This document shows positions 10,135 through 20,355 of a stretch of DNA of 64,000 nt, one piece after another (within the stretch, counting starts at the first letter, position 1; each line of letters opens with the position of its first letter). The notes under the pieces are model-generated. The model worked only from the letters and a program-made list of their open reading frames with translations. It did no database searches and had not been told where the DNA came from. The stretch covers positions 5,332 through 69,331 of the forward strand of contig CAXGJQ010000001.1 of the NCBI GenBank assembly GCA_964009815.1, in the 5' to 3' direction. Both the position numbers and the translations under genes were made by a program. This stretch comes from an uncultured Candidatus Poseidoniales archaeon. GTDB lineage: Archaea; Thermoplasmatota; Poseidoniia; Poseidoniales; Poseidoniaceae.

Positions 10135-11538
10135 CTACTTGATGTCAATGCGCGAGCCCCAACGGCCACGAAGTTGAGCTAGGCACGCCTTGGTCATCCA
10201 GACGTTCATGTGAATCATTCCATTTTCCCCACGCTCATCTTCCTCCACCATACCTTGGTCATAAATGGCTGAAACAATGCGTTCGCTGGCGTCCGGATGG
10301 GCGGTGGTTGGAGGATGTATGTGGAGGATGAAGGGTGAACCAAAAAGACGCTCGCGGATGAAGTGTTGAAGTTCCTCAACCCCCTCTCCAGTCATTGAGG
10401 AAAGGGCCACTGGGGCCGGAAAGCCACGTTGAGTGACCAGGTCTGAAACCGCTGCTTGTTGAGCGGGTGTGACTTTGTCAATTTTGGTTAACACGACGTA
10501 AGGGGGTCGGTCATCGTCAAGGCCTTCAGTTTCGTGCTCTTGACGTTCGAGCACCTCTCGCCGGGTGGTTTCCAATTTTCGGGTGACCTCGGGTAATGAG
10601 TCAGAGGTGTCAACCAAAATAAGCGTTAAATCGGCATTTAGTGCTTCAGCAATAGTTGCTTTAAATGCCGCTAAGGTTGCATTTGGTATGTTATCAATAA
10701 ATCCAATGGTGTCGGCCAAGAGAATTCGAGGGCTTTTCTCCATCCGCCCCACCGTGGTCTCCAACGTGGAGAACAATTGGTCCTCAACCAGCACCGGTTT
10801 GCCAGATAAGTGCTGGAAAAGTGAGGACTTTCCTGCGTTGGTGTATCCAACAAACCCGACGGTCATCGCCCCACTGCGAATGCGTTGACGGCGGTGTTCA
10901 CGCTGAGCATTGGCGTGTCGCTTTTGCCGACGACGCAGGTTGGTGAGTTCTCGATTTAGATTCGCAATGACGTTTTGGAGGGCCGTGACACCGCCACCAC
11001 CGTACCCTGCTCGCTCACCGGTTGTTTGTTGTTGAGCAACCTCTCTCAGAATGGTGCGGTCTGACTGAAGCTGTGCGATTCGAACCTGCGTTCTTGCTTC
11101 GACCGAAGAGGCGTGCGCCGTGAACAGGGCGAGGAGAAGACGGACTCGATCCCAAACCTCGACTCCGAGGGCTTGATTGACACCAACGAGTTGACGTGGG
11201 GTAGCATTGGTGTGGATGATGGTCAAATCAACGCCCTCCCAAGGATGCCCGGAAAGTGTGCTCCTGCGCTCGTCGGCGATGTCTTCAAGCCGGCCTTTTC
11301 CAAAGTAGGTGCGTGGGTCAACATGGCCGCTTTGCAAAACGGTTTCAACGATGGTTATGCCCATGGTTTCAGCTAAGGCTCTCAATTCAGTCGTGTCTTC
11401 CGAGCCTCGAACCAAAAGGAGCGCTTTACGGCCCTGGTGATTGGTTCTCGCTTCGCCTAGGACCACGCCTCCGCTTCCCGCCACGACGAATGGGTCATCG
11501 GAAGGCTGAGCCATGCCCATCGGGATGGTTAGTCTCAT
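10135..11538 (-). CDS. hflX: GTPase HflX
   Basis: N-terminal HflX domain (LLLVRGSEDTTELRALAETMGITIV), G-domain motifs VGFVGYTNAGKSSLF (G1), LADTIGF (G3), TKID (G4). The ORF-track start at 11865 is an unsupported 5' extension. An internal Met (MRLTIPMG) at 11538 fits HflX length. Confidence 0.85.
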   Translation of the reverse strand: MRLTIPMGMAQPSDDPFVVAGSGGVVLGEARTNHQGRKALLLVRGSEDTTELRALAETMGITIVETVLQSGHVDPRTYFGKGRLEDIADERRSTLSGHPWEGVDLTIIHTNATPRQLVGVNQALGVEVWDRVRLLLALFTAHASSVEARTQVRIAQLQSDRTILREVAQQQTTGERAGYGGGGVTALQNVIANLNRELTNLRRRQKRHANAQREHRRQRIRSGAMTVGFVGYTNAGKSSLFQHLSGKPVLVEDQLFSTLETTVGRMEKSPRILLADTIGFIDNIPNATLAAFKATIAEALNADLTLILVDTSDSLPEVTRKLETTRREVLERQEHETEGLDDDRPPYVVLTKIDKVTPAQQAAVSDLVTQRGFPAPVALSSMTGEGVEELQHFIRERLFGSPFILHIHPPTTAHPDASERIVSAIYDQGMVEEDERGENGMIHMNVWMTKACLAQLRGRWGSRIDIK

Positions 11539-11562
11539 ATCAGCCCACCTCAAGGCCCCATC

Positions 11563-11790
11563 ATGACCGAACAGCACGAGATGGAGGTGCGGTGGTCCGG
11601 CGATTCTGCCCTCGGAGAGGCGATGGTTGCAGCGGCCAAGGAACAAGGGTTTGAGGCGGTGCTTCAGACCGAAGAAGCCGAGGTTGAATTGCTCGTGAAA
11701 GTCGTCGACCATGACCTTCAAGCACTTCGCGACCGGGTTGATCACCTCCTCGTGACCCTCAGTGCATTGGAAGAAGCACACAACGGGTGA
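11563..11790 (+). CDS. Small acidic hypothetical protein (75 aa)
   Basis: ORF occupying the otherwise empty divergent interval between hflX and the DCC-family gene. No recognisable motif. Confidence 0.2.
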   Translation: MTEQHEMEVRWSGDSALGEAMVAAAKEQGFEAVLQTEEAEVELLVKVVDHDLQALRDRVDHLLVTLSALEEAHNG

Positions 11791-11794
11791 GGCC

Positions 11795-12154
11795 ATGTCC
11801 AAGACCACTGTCTTGATCGATGCACACTGTGTCATGTGTAACGGCCTAGCCCGGTTTTTGCGCAAGAGGGTGAAGTCATCCGTGGATTTTGAGGTTCATG
11901 GCATTGACTCGGAGGAAGGACAAGCCATCATCGCTTCGTTTCCCGAACGCCTTCAAGCCATGGACACCGTGTATGTCGTTCGAAATGGACGCCCCTATGT
12001 TCGCTCTGCAGGAGCCATTCGCTTGCTGCTGTGCATGCCGTGGTACTATGCCATGTGGTTCCCGTTGGCGTGGTTGGTGCCCCTGCCCGTTCGCGATGCT
12101 GCGTATTGGGTTGTTTCGAAAGTAAGGCACCGTTTTGGACGAATCGACGGTTAG
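11795..12154 (+). CDS. Thiol-disulfide oxidoreductase DCC family (DUF393/YuxK-like)
   Basis: VLIDAHCVMCNGLARFL CxxC signature at the N-terminus as in DCC1-like proteins. Start taken at MSKTT (11795) rather than the ORF-track 11762. Confidence 0.65.
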   Translation: MSKTTVLIDAHCVMCNGLARFLRKRVKSSVDFEVHGIDSEEGQAIIASFPERLQAMDTVYVVRNGRPYVRSAGAIRLLLCMPWYYAMWFPLAWLVPLPVRDAAYWVVSKVRHRFGRIDG

Positions 12155-12930
12155 ATGTCGAGGTCCAAGACGACCGGTGCGTGGTCGGAAACATCGATGC
12201 CTCCTTGCCGTACGATGGTGCAGTCAACCATGGCCTCGGCCGCAGCAGGATTGAGGAGGAAATAGTCAATGCGCCAGCCTCGGTCTTTTGCTCGAGCCTG
12301 TCCACGGTTTGACCACCAAGAGTATACCTTGGCGCCATCCCCAACCTTGTGACGGAAGGCGTCAAGCCATCCATCGGCCAACAAATCGGAGAACCAAGCT
12401 CGTTCGTGGGGCAAGAATCCGGAATTTCGAGCGTTGCCTTTCGGATTCCAAATATCGTCCTCAGTGTGGGCGATGTTGAGGTCCCCGCAAACGACGACGG
12501 GGCGGGCATCGTCCAAATAGGGCCGAATGAATTGCCGCCATTCTTCCATCCAACCTTCCTTGAACGTCTGACGTTCATCTTTGTTGGAACCGCTTGGAAG
12601 GTACGTGTTGACGCAGACAACCCCGTTGACTTCGCATACTAAGACGCGCCCTTCGCCATCATTCGGGTCAAAAACTCCGCCTTTTCCCTTGGCCACCACG
12701 GCGTGGGCTTGAGTCGAGGCAGTCGCTACACCAGAATATCCCTTCTTTTCAGCAGGGTGGAGGGTGACGTCCCAGCCCGTCGGCCAAGCCCAATCCTTGG
12801 GCAATTGTTCTTCCAAAGTTCGTGTTTCCTGAAGCATCACCACATCCGCTTTGAGGTCCTCAAAATAACCGTCGATTCCTTTTCGGATCGCCGCTCGAAG
12901 CCCGTTTACGTTCCAAGAAACAAAGCGCAT
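12151..12930 (-). CDS. xth: Exodeoxyribonuclease III / AP endonuclease (Xth family)
   Basis: MRFVSWNVNGLRA, VVMLQET, GDLNIAHTEDD, WSNRGQARAKDRGWRIDY, VSDHAPV signature blocks of the ExoIII/APE1 family. Confidence 0.85.
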   Translation of the reverse strand: MRFVSWNVNGLRAAIRKGIDGYFEDLKADVVMLQETRTLEEQLPKDWAWPTGWDVTLHPAEKKGYSGVATASTQAHAVVAKGKGGVFDPNDGEGRVLVCEVNGVVCVNTYLPSGSNKDERQTFKEGWMEEWRQFIRPYLDDARPVVVCGDLNIAHTEDDIWNPKGNARNSGFLPHERAWFSDLLADGWLDAFRHKVGDGAKVYSWWSNRGQARAKDRGWRIDYFLLNPAAAEAMVDCTIVRQGGIDVSDHAPVVLDLDI

Positions 12931-12963
12931 GAATGACGGTCAACGGTGAAGGTGAATAAGGAT

Positions 12964-14049
12964 TCAAGCAATGTTCTGTCCGCATTTCCGTCCTGTTTCT
13001 GCAGCTGCATCGGCCAATTCATGGTCAGAGGCGACCCATTCCCCAGCCAGGAGAATGCCGTTGGAAACATAAGCGTCATACGCCGGTTTCTTCCCTTTCG
13101 TCTGAACGACGATGTTCTCTTGGCGCCGTTCGTGGAGCACGTGATGTTGCCACCCTTTGGCGTGTTGCTCAAGGAAGTGCTCAAAGCGAATGGCGCGCGC
13201 TTCTTTTGTTTCATTCTCTTGTTCCACCATAACCGCTGAAAGAAAGGCTCCTTGCAACCCTAATCGTGGTTGGATGTTGGCGAGGTCTAGCATGTACGCC
13301 CCCTCGTGGGCATCGATGATGCCGTGTTTTTCACCGAGTGGACGAGAGGTCAAGGTGGCATCCAGGGTACTGGCTCGAACGGGGGAAATTCCAGAAAGGG
13401 CTTTCTCGTCTACCGAACGCAACAAGCGTTGGGCTTGCGATTTGCCACAAGCAAGAACGACGATGTCGCTGTCAAATGTTCGTCCGTCTTTCAGCGACAC
13501 GCGTCCATTTTCAACGGTGTCGACTTGGCAGTGAGCTTCGATGAGCACGCCCACTTCATCCAGTGCAGCGGCCATTCTTCCAACGACTCCCGCCCATCCT
13601 TCACCAATCACCGCCAATCGACCTTTTTGCAGCGCCGTGTACCGGCCATCAAACCGTTGAACACCTGAGCCTGCGACAAGAGCGGCCCCCCGGGCGGCTG
13701 GGGATGAAGGGTCAGCTTGCTTGAGTGCGCGTCGAAGTTGAGCAGCGAGGCGGATGTTGTTTCTCGGTCGGAGCGGCCCAACACCGACCACGTGAAGGTG
13801 GTCAAGTCGAGGGTTGGAAAGGACCATCCGTAAACGGCTAATCTTCCGAACCACCTTCATCAACGGTCCTCGTTGATGGAGCAAGTGCAGCCCATAACCA
13901 AACGGAGCACCATCCACGGTTTGGGACGTCGCCCGCCCCCCGATGCGGTCAGTCCGGTCAAGGACCACCACGTGATGGCCAGCAGTCACCGCATACAAAG
14001 CGGTGGTCAGGCCTGCGATGCCCGCGCCAACCACCGTAACACGAACCAT
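12964..14049 (-). CDS. FAD/NAD(P)-binding oxidoreductase (amine oxidase / phytoene desaturase-like superfamily)
   Basis: VTVVGAGIAGLTTA...VVVLDRTDRIGGR dinucleotide-binding motif. Second GxGxxG-like AVIGEGWAGV. Confidence 0.55.
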   Translation of the reverse strand: MVRVTVVGAGIAGLTTALYAVTAGHHVVVLDRTDRIGGRATSQTVDGAPFGYGLHLLHQRGPLMKVVRKISRLRMVLSNPRLDHLHVVGVGPLRPRNNIRLAAQLRRALKQADPSSPAARGAALVAGSGVQRFDGRYTALQKGRLAVIGEGWAGVVGRMAAALDEVGVLIEAHCQVDTVENGRVSLKDGRTFDSDIVVLACGKSQAQRLLRSVDEKALSGISPVRASTLDATLTSRPLGEKHGIIDAHEGAYMLDLANIQPRLGLQGAFLSAVMVEQENETKEARAIRFEHFLEQHAKGWQHHVLHERRQENIVVQTKGKKPAYDAYVSNGILLAGEWVASDHELADAAAETGRKCGQNIA

Positions 14050-14124
14050 GACACTCGCATGGGGTGCGCATCAAAAGGTCGTTGGAAGGGGTGCTTTGAA
14101 GAGGTAGCCCACACTCCAATCATC

Positions 14125-15069
14125 ATGGCCGATGCACCGCTCTTGCCTCACGACCGTGGGCATGAATTGTGGACCATGGAAGAAGGTGCGAGCCGAAAAC
14201 TCACAGCCAGCATTGACCGATGGGTTGGAGCCATGGTTGGTGATGATGGAATTGACATGCCCCTCTCGGGCGGTGGACCATCCGTTGAAGCCACAGTATT
14301 TGCTCGCCAAGACGGTTTGGTCGTCGGGTGTGCGGTCGTTGATTACCTGCTGCAGATTTGGGCACCATCGGTTCGCGTTTCATGGTTTGCAGGAGACGGG
14401 AAGCGCGTGTCATCTGGCGATGAAATCGCCATGTTCTCAGGGACAAGCGAAGATGTGCTGGCCGTCGAACGTCTTGCACTCAACGTACTGGGTCAACTCT
14501 CCGGCATTGCGACTGAGACAAAACGCTGGTCGTCCATCGCTCCAAAACAAATTGCTTGCACGCGCAAAACCATTTGGGGGCTCCTCGATAAGTGGGCAGT
14601 TCACATGGGTGGAGGATTGACGCACCGACTTTCAAAAGACGATGCGGTGATGATCAAGGAGAACGATTTGGCCAGCATGCATGACCACCTCGAGACCCAT
14701 GCAGAACGGCTCGTCACCTATTTGCAAGACGTTGATCCCAACGAAGTGGGCGCCTTCCTTGAGGTTGAAACCAGGACCGAAAAGGAAGCGTTGATGGCCG
14801 CTATGGTCTGGTCTCAGCGCCGTTCTGACTTGACCGTCCCCCGTCTGGTCATCATGTTGGATAATTTCTCTCCTGAGCAATGCAAAACCGTGAATGAACA
14901 GATGGAAGACCAAGGCATCCGAGACCACGTGGTGCTGGAAGCCAGTGGAGGCATTGTCTTTGATGAACTGAAGTCATGGCACGAGTGTGGGTTGGACGTT
15001 GTGTCCACCAGTGCCGTCAACCGGGGCGTTGCTCCACTCGACATGAGCATGCTCGTCAAAGGCCTGTGA
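14125..15069 (+). CDS. nadC: Nicotinate-nucleotide pyrophosphorylase [carboxylating] (quinolinate phosphoribosyltransferase)
   Basis: TRKTIWGL, VMIKENDLA, IMLDNFSPEQ, LEASGGI motifs. The ORF-track start (13873) overlaps the convergent upstream gene. An internal Met at 14125 was chosen. Confidence 0.8.
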   Translation: MADAPLLPHDRGHELWTMEEGASRKLTASIDRWVGAMVGDDGIDMPLSGGGPSVEATVFARQDGLVVGCAVVDYLLQIWAPSVRVSWFAGDGKRVSSGDEIAMFSGTSEDVLAVERLALNVLGQLSGIATETKRWSSIAPKQIACTRKTIWGLLDKWAVHMGGGLTHRLSKDDAVMIKENDLASMHDHLETHAERLVTYLQDVDPNEVGAFLEVETRTEKEALMAAMVWSQRRSDLTVPRLVIMLDNFSPEQCKTVNEQMEDQGIRDHVVLEASGGIVFDELKSWHECGLDVVSTSAVNRGVAPLDMSMLVKGL

Positions 15070-15081
15070 GGTGGCGGTACC

Positions 15082-15831
15082 ATGGACGACATCGCGGCCG
15101 ACCCAAGTCATCCACGGTATGCTTCGCTGCTGATGCGTCATCGTCTTGAGGTCGCCGCAGAAAAAGGCATGTTGGCCGGGAGCGCCATGATTGCACACGG
15201 TCGTGGAGAAGCGTTTGATTATCTCCTTGGTGAGCGAACAACCGCCAGTGCTTTGCAAGCAAGTCGCCAAGCGCTGGCCACCTTGCAAGCTGCGAAGAAG
15301 CCGGTGTTGAGCATCAACGGAAACGTTGCTGCCCTAGCCTGTGATGAAATGTTACGGTTGGCTAATGCATTGTCGTGTGCTGTTGAAGTCAACATCTTCT
15401 ATCGCACTCCGGAGAGGATGAAAGCGATCCTCGACCACATGAACGAGCGGAAACATGTCCTCGGCGTGGAGGTTCCCGTGCTCGGGCACGCCCCAGATGC
15501 TCGCATCCCTGGGTTGAAAGGGCCGCGAGCCGCATGCCATCGCGATGGCATTCTCGAGAGCGATGCCATTCTCGTTCCATTGGAGGATGGAGACCGGTGC
15601 CAAGCCCTGGTCGCCATGGGCAAAGAAGTGATTGTCATCGACCTCAACCCACTTTCACGGTCGGCTCAGCAAGCAACCATAACCATTGTTGACGAACTTT
15701 CACGTGCACTTGGCAACATGCTGGACTTCGCTGCGTCGGAAGGAACGCTGGAAGTCGATTCCGACTACAACCACATCACGGTGCTTGAGGAAGGTGTGAA
15801 CGAGATGCTCAACGCTTTCAAGCGAACCTGA
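15082..15831 (+). CDS. Archaeal 4-phosphopantoate--beta-alanine ligase (phosphopantothenate synthetase, PPS; PF02006-like)
   Basis: About 250 aa. GEAFDYLLGERT and PVLSINGNVAAL blocks resemble archaeal PPS (MJ0209/TK1686 family). Family call from memory, not searched. Confidence 0.5.
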   Translation: MDDIAADPSHPRYASLLMRHRLEVAAEKGMLAGSAMIAHGRGEAFDYLLGERTTASALQASRQALATLQAAKKPVLSINGNVAALACDEMLRLANALSCAVEVNIFYRTPERMKAILDHMNERKHVLGVEVPVLGHAPDARIPGLKGPRAACHRDGILESDAILVPLEDGDRCQALVAMGKEVIVIDLNPLSRSAQQATITIVDELSRALGNMLDFAASEGTLEVDSDYNHITVLEEGVNEMLNAFKRT

Positions 15832-15832
15832 A

Positions 15833-17026
15833 TCAGCGTTCCTTGAGTTTGTCCGCTAATCGGTTCGCAATGCTGATCCCAACGTCTGAGCAGGAAGTTG
15901 TTCCGCCGAGGTCGTAGGTGAGGGAGGTGCCGGCCTTGAGGTGCTCCGCCACGCTTTCATCAATGAGTCCTCCAATAGCAACAAGGTCATCGTCGTTGGT
16001 CTTTCGACCAAGGTAATCCATCATCATCTGGATTGAATTGATCGAAGCGATGGGGTTGACTTTGTTTTGGCCTGCGTGCTTGGGTGCAGAGCCATGTACG
16101 GGCTCAAAGAAAGCGTGGTGGTCTCCGATGTTTCCGGAAGCGGCCATGCCCATGCCCCCTTGTAAAACGGCACCGAGGTCGGTAGAAATATCTCCAAACA
16201 TGTTCGAGGTAACCACCGTGTCGTAGTGTTCAGGTGAACGGGTAATCCACTGCATGAAGGCGTCAATGTATCCGTAATCCGCTTCCGTGCCGGGGTATTG
16301 AGCGGCGACTTCATCAAAGGTGGAACGGAAGAGTTGGCACCCTCGGGTAACATTGGATTTGTCAATGCACGACACGCGTCGGACGCCGTCAGCGGGTGCG
16401 CCGTTTCGCGTTTCAGCGATCTCGAAGCCCATGCGAATCAAGCGTTCAGAGCCATTCTTTGAGATGGGGCGTGGGTCGTAGGCAACCTCGCCATCAAGGC
16501 CAGGGAAGGTCATTGGTTCAGGCTCGTATTCGGGGCGTCCCTGGGCGCGGTCGGCTGAGCGTCGCAAAAGAGCATGGTACAAACCTTCGGTGTTTTCTCG
16601 GAGGATGGTCATGTCCACCATGCCAGGTTCCCAAATTTGACGGAATCCGCCGTGAATTTTGTGTGGAACTCCTTCGTAGAGCTTGATGGGGCGGACATTG
16701 GCGTACAAATCCAGTCCGCTCCTCAAACCGAGAATGACCGAACCGCCTGCCAAGTCGCCGTTGGGCAACCGTGCACCGGGATATCCGATGGCACCAAGGA
16801 ATATCGCATCGGTTTCATTCTTGCAGAGGTCGAATGAACCTTCGGCCCATTCTTCACCGGTGGCGAGGTAATGCTCTCCTCCACAGGGAATCACCGTTTG
16901 CTCAAATCCGTGATTTGAATGCGCTTGGATGGTGTCCAAGATGCGTTGCGCTTCCAAGGCAACTTCTCGTCCCGTCCCGTCGCCTGGCAGAACCGTGATG
17001 CGATGGTCACTCATGCCTTGGCGCAC
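15833..17026 (-). CDS. Isocitrate/3-isopropylmalate/tartrate dehydrogenase family (decarboxylating beta-hydroxyacid dehydrogenase)
   Basis: [25 protein letters not shown]-like [35 protein letters not shown] signatures. Confidence 0.8.
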   Translation of the reverse strand: MRQGMSDHRITVLPGDGTGREVALEAQRILDTIQAHSNHGFEQTVIPCGGEHYLATGEEWAEGSFDLCKNETDAIFLGAIGYPGARLPNGDLAGGSVILGLRSGLDLYANVRPIKLYEGVPHKIHGGFRQIWEPGMVDMTILRENTEGLYHALLRRSADRAQGRPEYEPEPMTFPGLDGEVAYDPRPISKNGSERLIRMGFEIAETRNGAPADGVRRVSCIDKSNVTRGCQLFRSTFDEVAAQYPGTEADYGYIDAFMQWITRSPEHYDTVVTSNMFGDISTDLGAVLQGGMGMAASGNIGDHHAFFEPVHGSAPKHAGQNKVNPIASINSIQMMMDYLGRKTNDDDLVAIGGLIDESVAEHLKAGTSLTYDLGGTTSCSDVGISIANRLADKLKER

Positions 17027-17143
17027 ATGGCGCTTCTACATGAACGCGACCCTCGTGAAGTGAAGAAAATTTGACTCGAAACGGAGAGGTTTTGGGATGA
17101 ATTACCGGTGGATGATTGACTGAAAATCAATCGGTTTCAGGAT

Positions 17144-17839
17144 TTGAGAAGGGCATGCTTCATAGGCTGTCAAGTGGGAAGATTGTCCATGGCAGACGAG
17201 CACAAAAACGAGCAGGAACGCCGTGTCTCCGTTGATGACATGCCTGCCGAAGTGCGCCAGCTCGCCGACGCCATGCTCGGAGTCAATCCACAATGGAACG
17301 TTCATGATTGGCTGGTCGAACAAGCCAACTTGTCGATGGATTTGTTGGCGCTTGATTTGCTCCGTGAAAAAGTGATGATCGACCAGCGGTTACAACGCTT
17401 GGATGACCTCGGACGCCGTCTTGAAAGCGATGAAAAGAGCGAACCTCTTGATGAGGACCCGAACCAGCGTAACCTCTTCGATTGTTTTGACCTGAACGAG
17501 GAACACGCCCTTCGAGGGCTCGGAGAGCGCGCCACAGAACCCGTCAATTCCACTCCATTAAACGGAGAAGAACATCACCCTTCCAACATCTTCCTCGACC
17601 TGTTGCCAAACGCCAACACCGATGACCCGCTGTTGGCCATCGCCTGCCAATCGGTCATCATCAGTATTGAGCTTGAAGTCGCAAAGGGTGAGCCTTTGGC
17701 CACCTTACAAGCCATTTTTGCCCACACCCGCGCCTCGAACATCGACGACAGTGAAACCGACGAAGCCTTGGACCATCTCCTCACCACAGGGATGGTCATC
17801 GAAGTTGACGACGATTGTTTCATTTTGCTCCCACCTTAA
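17144..17839 (+). CDS. Hypothetical acidic protein
   Basis: ORF with coding-like composition, no recognisable motif. Start possibly MADEHKNE at 17189. Confidence 0.35.
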   Translation: MRRACFIGCQVGRLSMADEHKNEQERRVSVDDMPAEVRQLADAMLGVNPQWNVHDWLVEQANLSMDLLALDLLREKVMIDQRLQRLDDLGRRLESDEKSEPLDEDPNQRNLFDCFDLNEEHALRGLGERATEPVNSTPLNGEEHHPSNIFLDLLPNANTDDPLLAIACQSVIISIELEVAKGEPLATLQAIFAHTRASNIDDSETDEALDHLLTTGMVIEVDDDCFILLPP

Positions 17840-17898
17840 TGGGGAGCCCGTAGCAGTCCCAACAACGGGCTTTAGTCTACAAGAGCGTATGTTTCAGT

Positions 17899-18507
17899 AT
17901 GGGAATAGTAAGATCGGTCTTCTGGGGAGGCATGACGTGGTTTTCAGCAATGGCCATGATGGTGCATCCTGAAACGGCTTTGGGATTAGCAATCGTGGTG
18001 GCTTTCTTATCGGAATCTGCTCACCACAGCGCAGAATTAAATCGAATGGAACGAGGCGGGCGTCAACTCGCTTCTGAATTGCGACAAGCCAATGAACACG
18101 TTGAGAATCTACGACGTGCCCTGACGCATCGCCACATGGAATTGAACAACGCCATCGAAGAACTTCATCGGCGAGATGCGGTTGGAAGCCCGGCCGCCCG
18201 AGAATTGCTGAAGCGGCAAGAGGAAGCCATGACAGCAGCGTCCACTGCCCTTGAAACAAGGCAAGAGCAAAACGACGTGGTGTTCAACAGCATGGAGCGA
18301 CTCTTGAACATGCAAGTTGAACAAACCGCGAACATGCAGCGAGCGATGAGCGATCTTCTTCAACATCTCATTTCCCAACCACGAGGACACTTTACCATGA
18401 GTGACAGTGTTGTGGTTCAGGAGCAAAGAAATCAAGACACTGGCCTTTCTGAAACCTTCAATCTCATCAATGAGTGGTTGGATGCCGAAGCGGTATCTTC
18501 ACCATGA
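17899..18507 (+). CDS. Hypothetical protein, N-terminal TM helix plus coiled-coil
   Basis: Hydrophobic N-terminus (WFSAMAMMV...LAIVVAFL) followed by a heptad-like charged region. Confidence 0.35.
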   Translation: MGIVRSVFWGGMTWFSAMAMMVHPETALGLAIVVAFLSESAHHSAELNRMERGGRQLASELRQANEHVENLRRALTHRHMELNNAIEELHRRDAVGSPAARELLKRQEEAMTAASTALETRQEQNDVVFNSMERLLNMQVEQTANMQRAMSDLLQHLISQPRGHFTMSDSVVVQEQRNQDTGLSETFNLINEWLDAEAVSSP

Positions 18508-18526
18508 GGACAGCACTGCGTGAAGC

Positions 18527-18838
18527 ATGGGAAGCAAAAAGGAAGGTGCTCAGCGTGTGCTCGACGCCCATGCTTCTTCATTGAAGGTCAAGGGGCGATT
18601 GGTGCCCGTCGCCGTCGGCATTCTTGCCATTGGGCTCGTTGTCGCCTATCTCACTCGATGGGAATTCGGCCTTGCCACTGTTTTGATGTGTGGGTTGCTT
18701 TTCCAGTACGCCGTCGAACGGATGAACACCCTCCTCGAAGCAAGCATCGCTAATGGCCTCAAGGACATGGGGTGGGAGCAACCGGACGAATTGGATGAGA
18801 AAACGCTGAGCAAAATCAGAACCATCGCAGAAAAATAG
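18527..18838 (+). CDS. Small membrane protein
   Basis: Two predicted TM helices (LVPVAVGILAIGLVVAYL / LATVLMCGLLF). Confidence 0.3.
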   Translation: MGSKKEGAQRVLDAHASSLKVKGRLVPVAVGILAIGLVVAYLTRWEFGLATVLMCGLLFQYAVERMNTLLEASIANGLKDMGWEQPDELDEKTLSKIRTIAEK

Positions 18839-19564
18839 GTGGAGAACGTGTCTGGGAACAAAGAATTGGTTGAGCAATTCTTCGTGCAGGAGCGAAAAAA
18901 ACACCGACGCATGGTCGTGCTCCTCTGGATCACGGCTGGAATTGGCGACCTGTTTGCTATCGTTGCGTGGCTCGAAGGCGTTGAAATCAGTCGCATACTC
19001 CGAGGATTGGTCGTTCTCGGCGGTTTCGCTTTCGTGATGATGTGGTTGAGTTTACACCAGAAAAAGACATTGCAGGGCCGGTTGAGTGCATTGCTGGCCA
19101 GCATTGAATTTGGCTGGGAAGAATTCCACGGATTGGACCTGAACTCAACAGAAGCTGACCATCTGCACATCGCCTTCGCCGCCACCACCCTTGGGCGTAC
19201 CACGACCAATGAATCCTACCTTCGAACACGGGGGGGTGATGAGAAAGGACCAGCTTTTGACAAGACGGAAGCGGCCATCAAGCCCGGCAAACAACGCGTG
19301 GACCCTCAACTCCACGAGGAAGATTACCTGGGCCTCGAGGGAGACCTCCGAGTGGCCGAGCAACTGGTTGAAGAAGCCAATCAACAGTATGCTGACGAAG
19401 CGCAGCGGCTATGGGACATCGCCGAAGCACGGGACATGGACAACATCGAAGCAGGCGTAGAGCGACTTGGAGATTTGGTAGCGACAGGTTGGTTTGAGCG
19501 GAACGCCAAGGATGGAGCTGTTGAGGAACTGATGAATTCACATCTCAAAGATGAGCCCCTATAA
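18839..19564 (+). CDS. Hypothetical membrane protein
   Basis: Two N-terminal TM helices then a soluble acidic domain. Immediately follows the previous ORF (stop/start adjacent). Confidence 0.35.
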   Translation: MENVSGNKELVEQFFVQERKKHRRMVVLLWITAGIGDLFAIVAWLEGVEISRILRGLVVLGGFAFVMMWLSLHQKKTLQGRLSALLASIEFGWEEFHGLDLNSTEADHLHIAFAATTLGRTTTNESYLRTRGGDEKGPAFDKTEAAIKPGKQRVDPQLHEEDYLGLEGDLRVAEQLVEEANQQYADEAQRLWDIAEARDMDNIEAGVERLGDLVATGWFERNAKDGAVEELMNSHLKDEPL

Positions 19565-19599
19565 GCATCTTCTAAAGCCGTCGCTCAGCACTTCGGTTT

Positions 19600-20346
19600 A
19601 TGACGGTGAAAGCCATCCTCGTTGCGGGAGGGTACGGTTCACGCCTTCATCCATTTACCCATTACACACAAAAAACGCTCCTCCCGCTTTACGAACGCCC
19701 CGTCATCGACTACACCTTGGGGACCATCCGTCGGGCAGGCATCAAAGACATCACCATCATCTCCAACCAATTCGTTGGCCAAATCACAAAGCACATCGGC
19801 CAAGGGCTTCCCGGTGAACGAATCCATTACGTCATTGAAGAGGAGCCGTTGGGGGTCGCCCACGCCTTGAATTTAGCACGGCCCTACAACAAAGATTCGC
19901 GATTGATGGTCTATTTTTCCGACAACATCACGACCCTTGAATTCAAAGAACACGTGTCGGCGTTTGAACAGGCCAAAGAGCCCCCTGGGTGCCTCCTCAT
20001 CGCCCGCGAAGAGCCAAATCCACAGGCGTTTGGGGTCGCTGTTTTGGACGAAGAAGGTTCGATTTGTGATATCGTTGAAAAACCAAACAACCCACCTTCC
20101 AATCTAGCCATTGGGGGAATTTACATGTTTGATGAAAATTTTTGGCAGTACCTTGACCGCACTGTTGATCAACTCGGCGATGCTTTTTCCATTTCAGACA
20201 TCACGCGAATCTACGTCAAAGCAGGACTGGCTGAGGTGCTTTCAGTTGGAACGGAAACCTGGGTCGACTGTGGAACTCCCGAGGCCCTTCTGCAAGCATC
20301 GCAAATGGCGAAGGATGGAAAATTAGACCCAACCCCCCACCGTTGA
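19600..20346 (+). CDS. Sugar-phosphate nucleotidyltransferase (glucose-1-phosphate thymidylyl/uridylyltransferase-like)
   Basis: KAILVAGGYGSRLHPFT (G-x-G-t-R-L signature), EEPLGVAHAL, KP...GGIYMF. Confidence 0.8.
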   Translation: MTVKAILVAGGYGSRLHPFTHYTQKTLLPLYERPVIDYTLGTIRRAGIKDITIISNQFVGQITKHIGQGLPGERIHYVIEEEPLGVAHALNLARPYNKDSRLMVYFSDNITTLEFKEHVSAFEQAKEPPGCLLIAREEPNPQAFGVAVLDEEGSICDIVEKPNNPPSNLAIGGIYMFDENFWQYLDRTVDQLGDAFSISDITRIYVKAGLAEVLSVGTETWVDCGTPEALLQASQMAKDGKLDPTPHR

Positions 20347-20355
20347 ACTGGAGCA

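Noticed and set aside
11539-11865. Long N-terminal extension of the HflX ORF (track start 11865)
   Set aside because: The extra 109 codons have no HflX homology, overlap the plus-strand small ORF at 11563-11790, and an internal Met (MRLTIPMG) gives a normal-length HflX.
13873-14124. ORF-track start of nadC at 13873
   Set aside because: The first 84 codons overlap the convergent/adjacent FAD oxidoreductase gene (12964-14049) on the other strand. They are Arg/Pro-rich without NadC homology. The internal Met at 14125 gives a typical NadC N-terminus.
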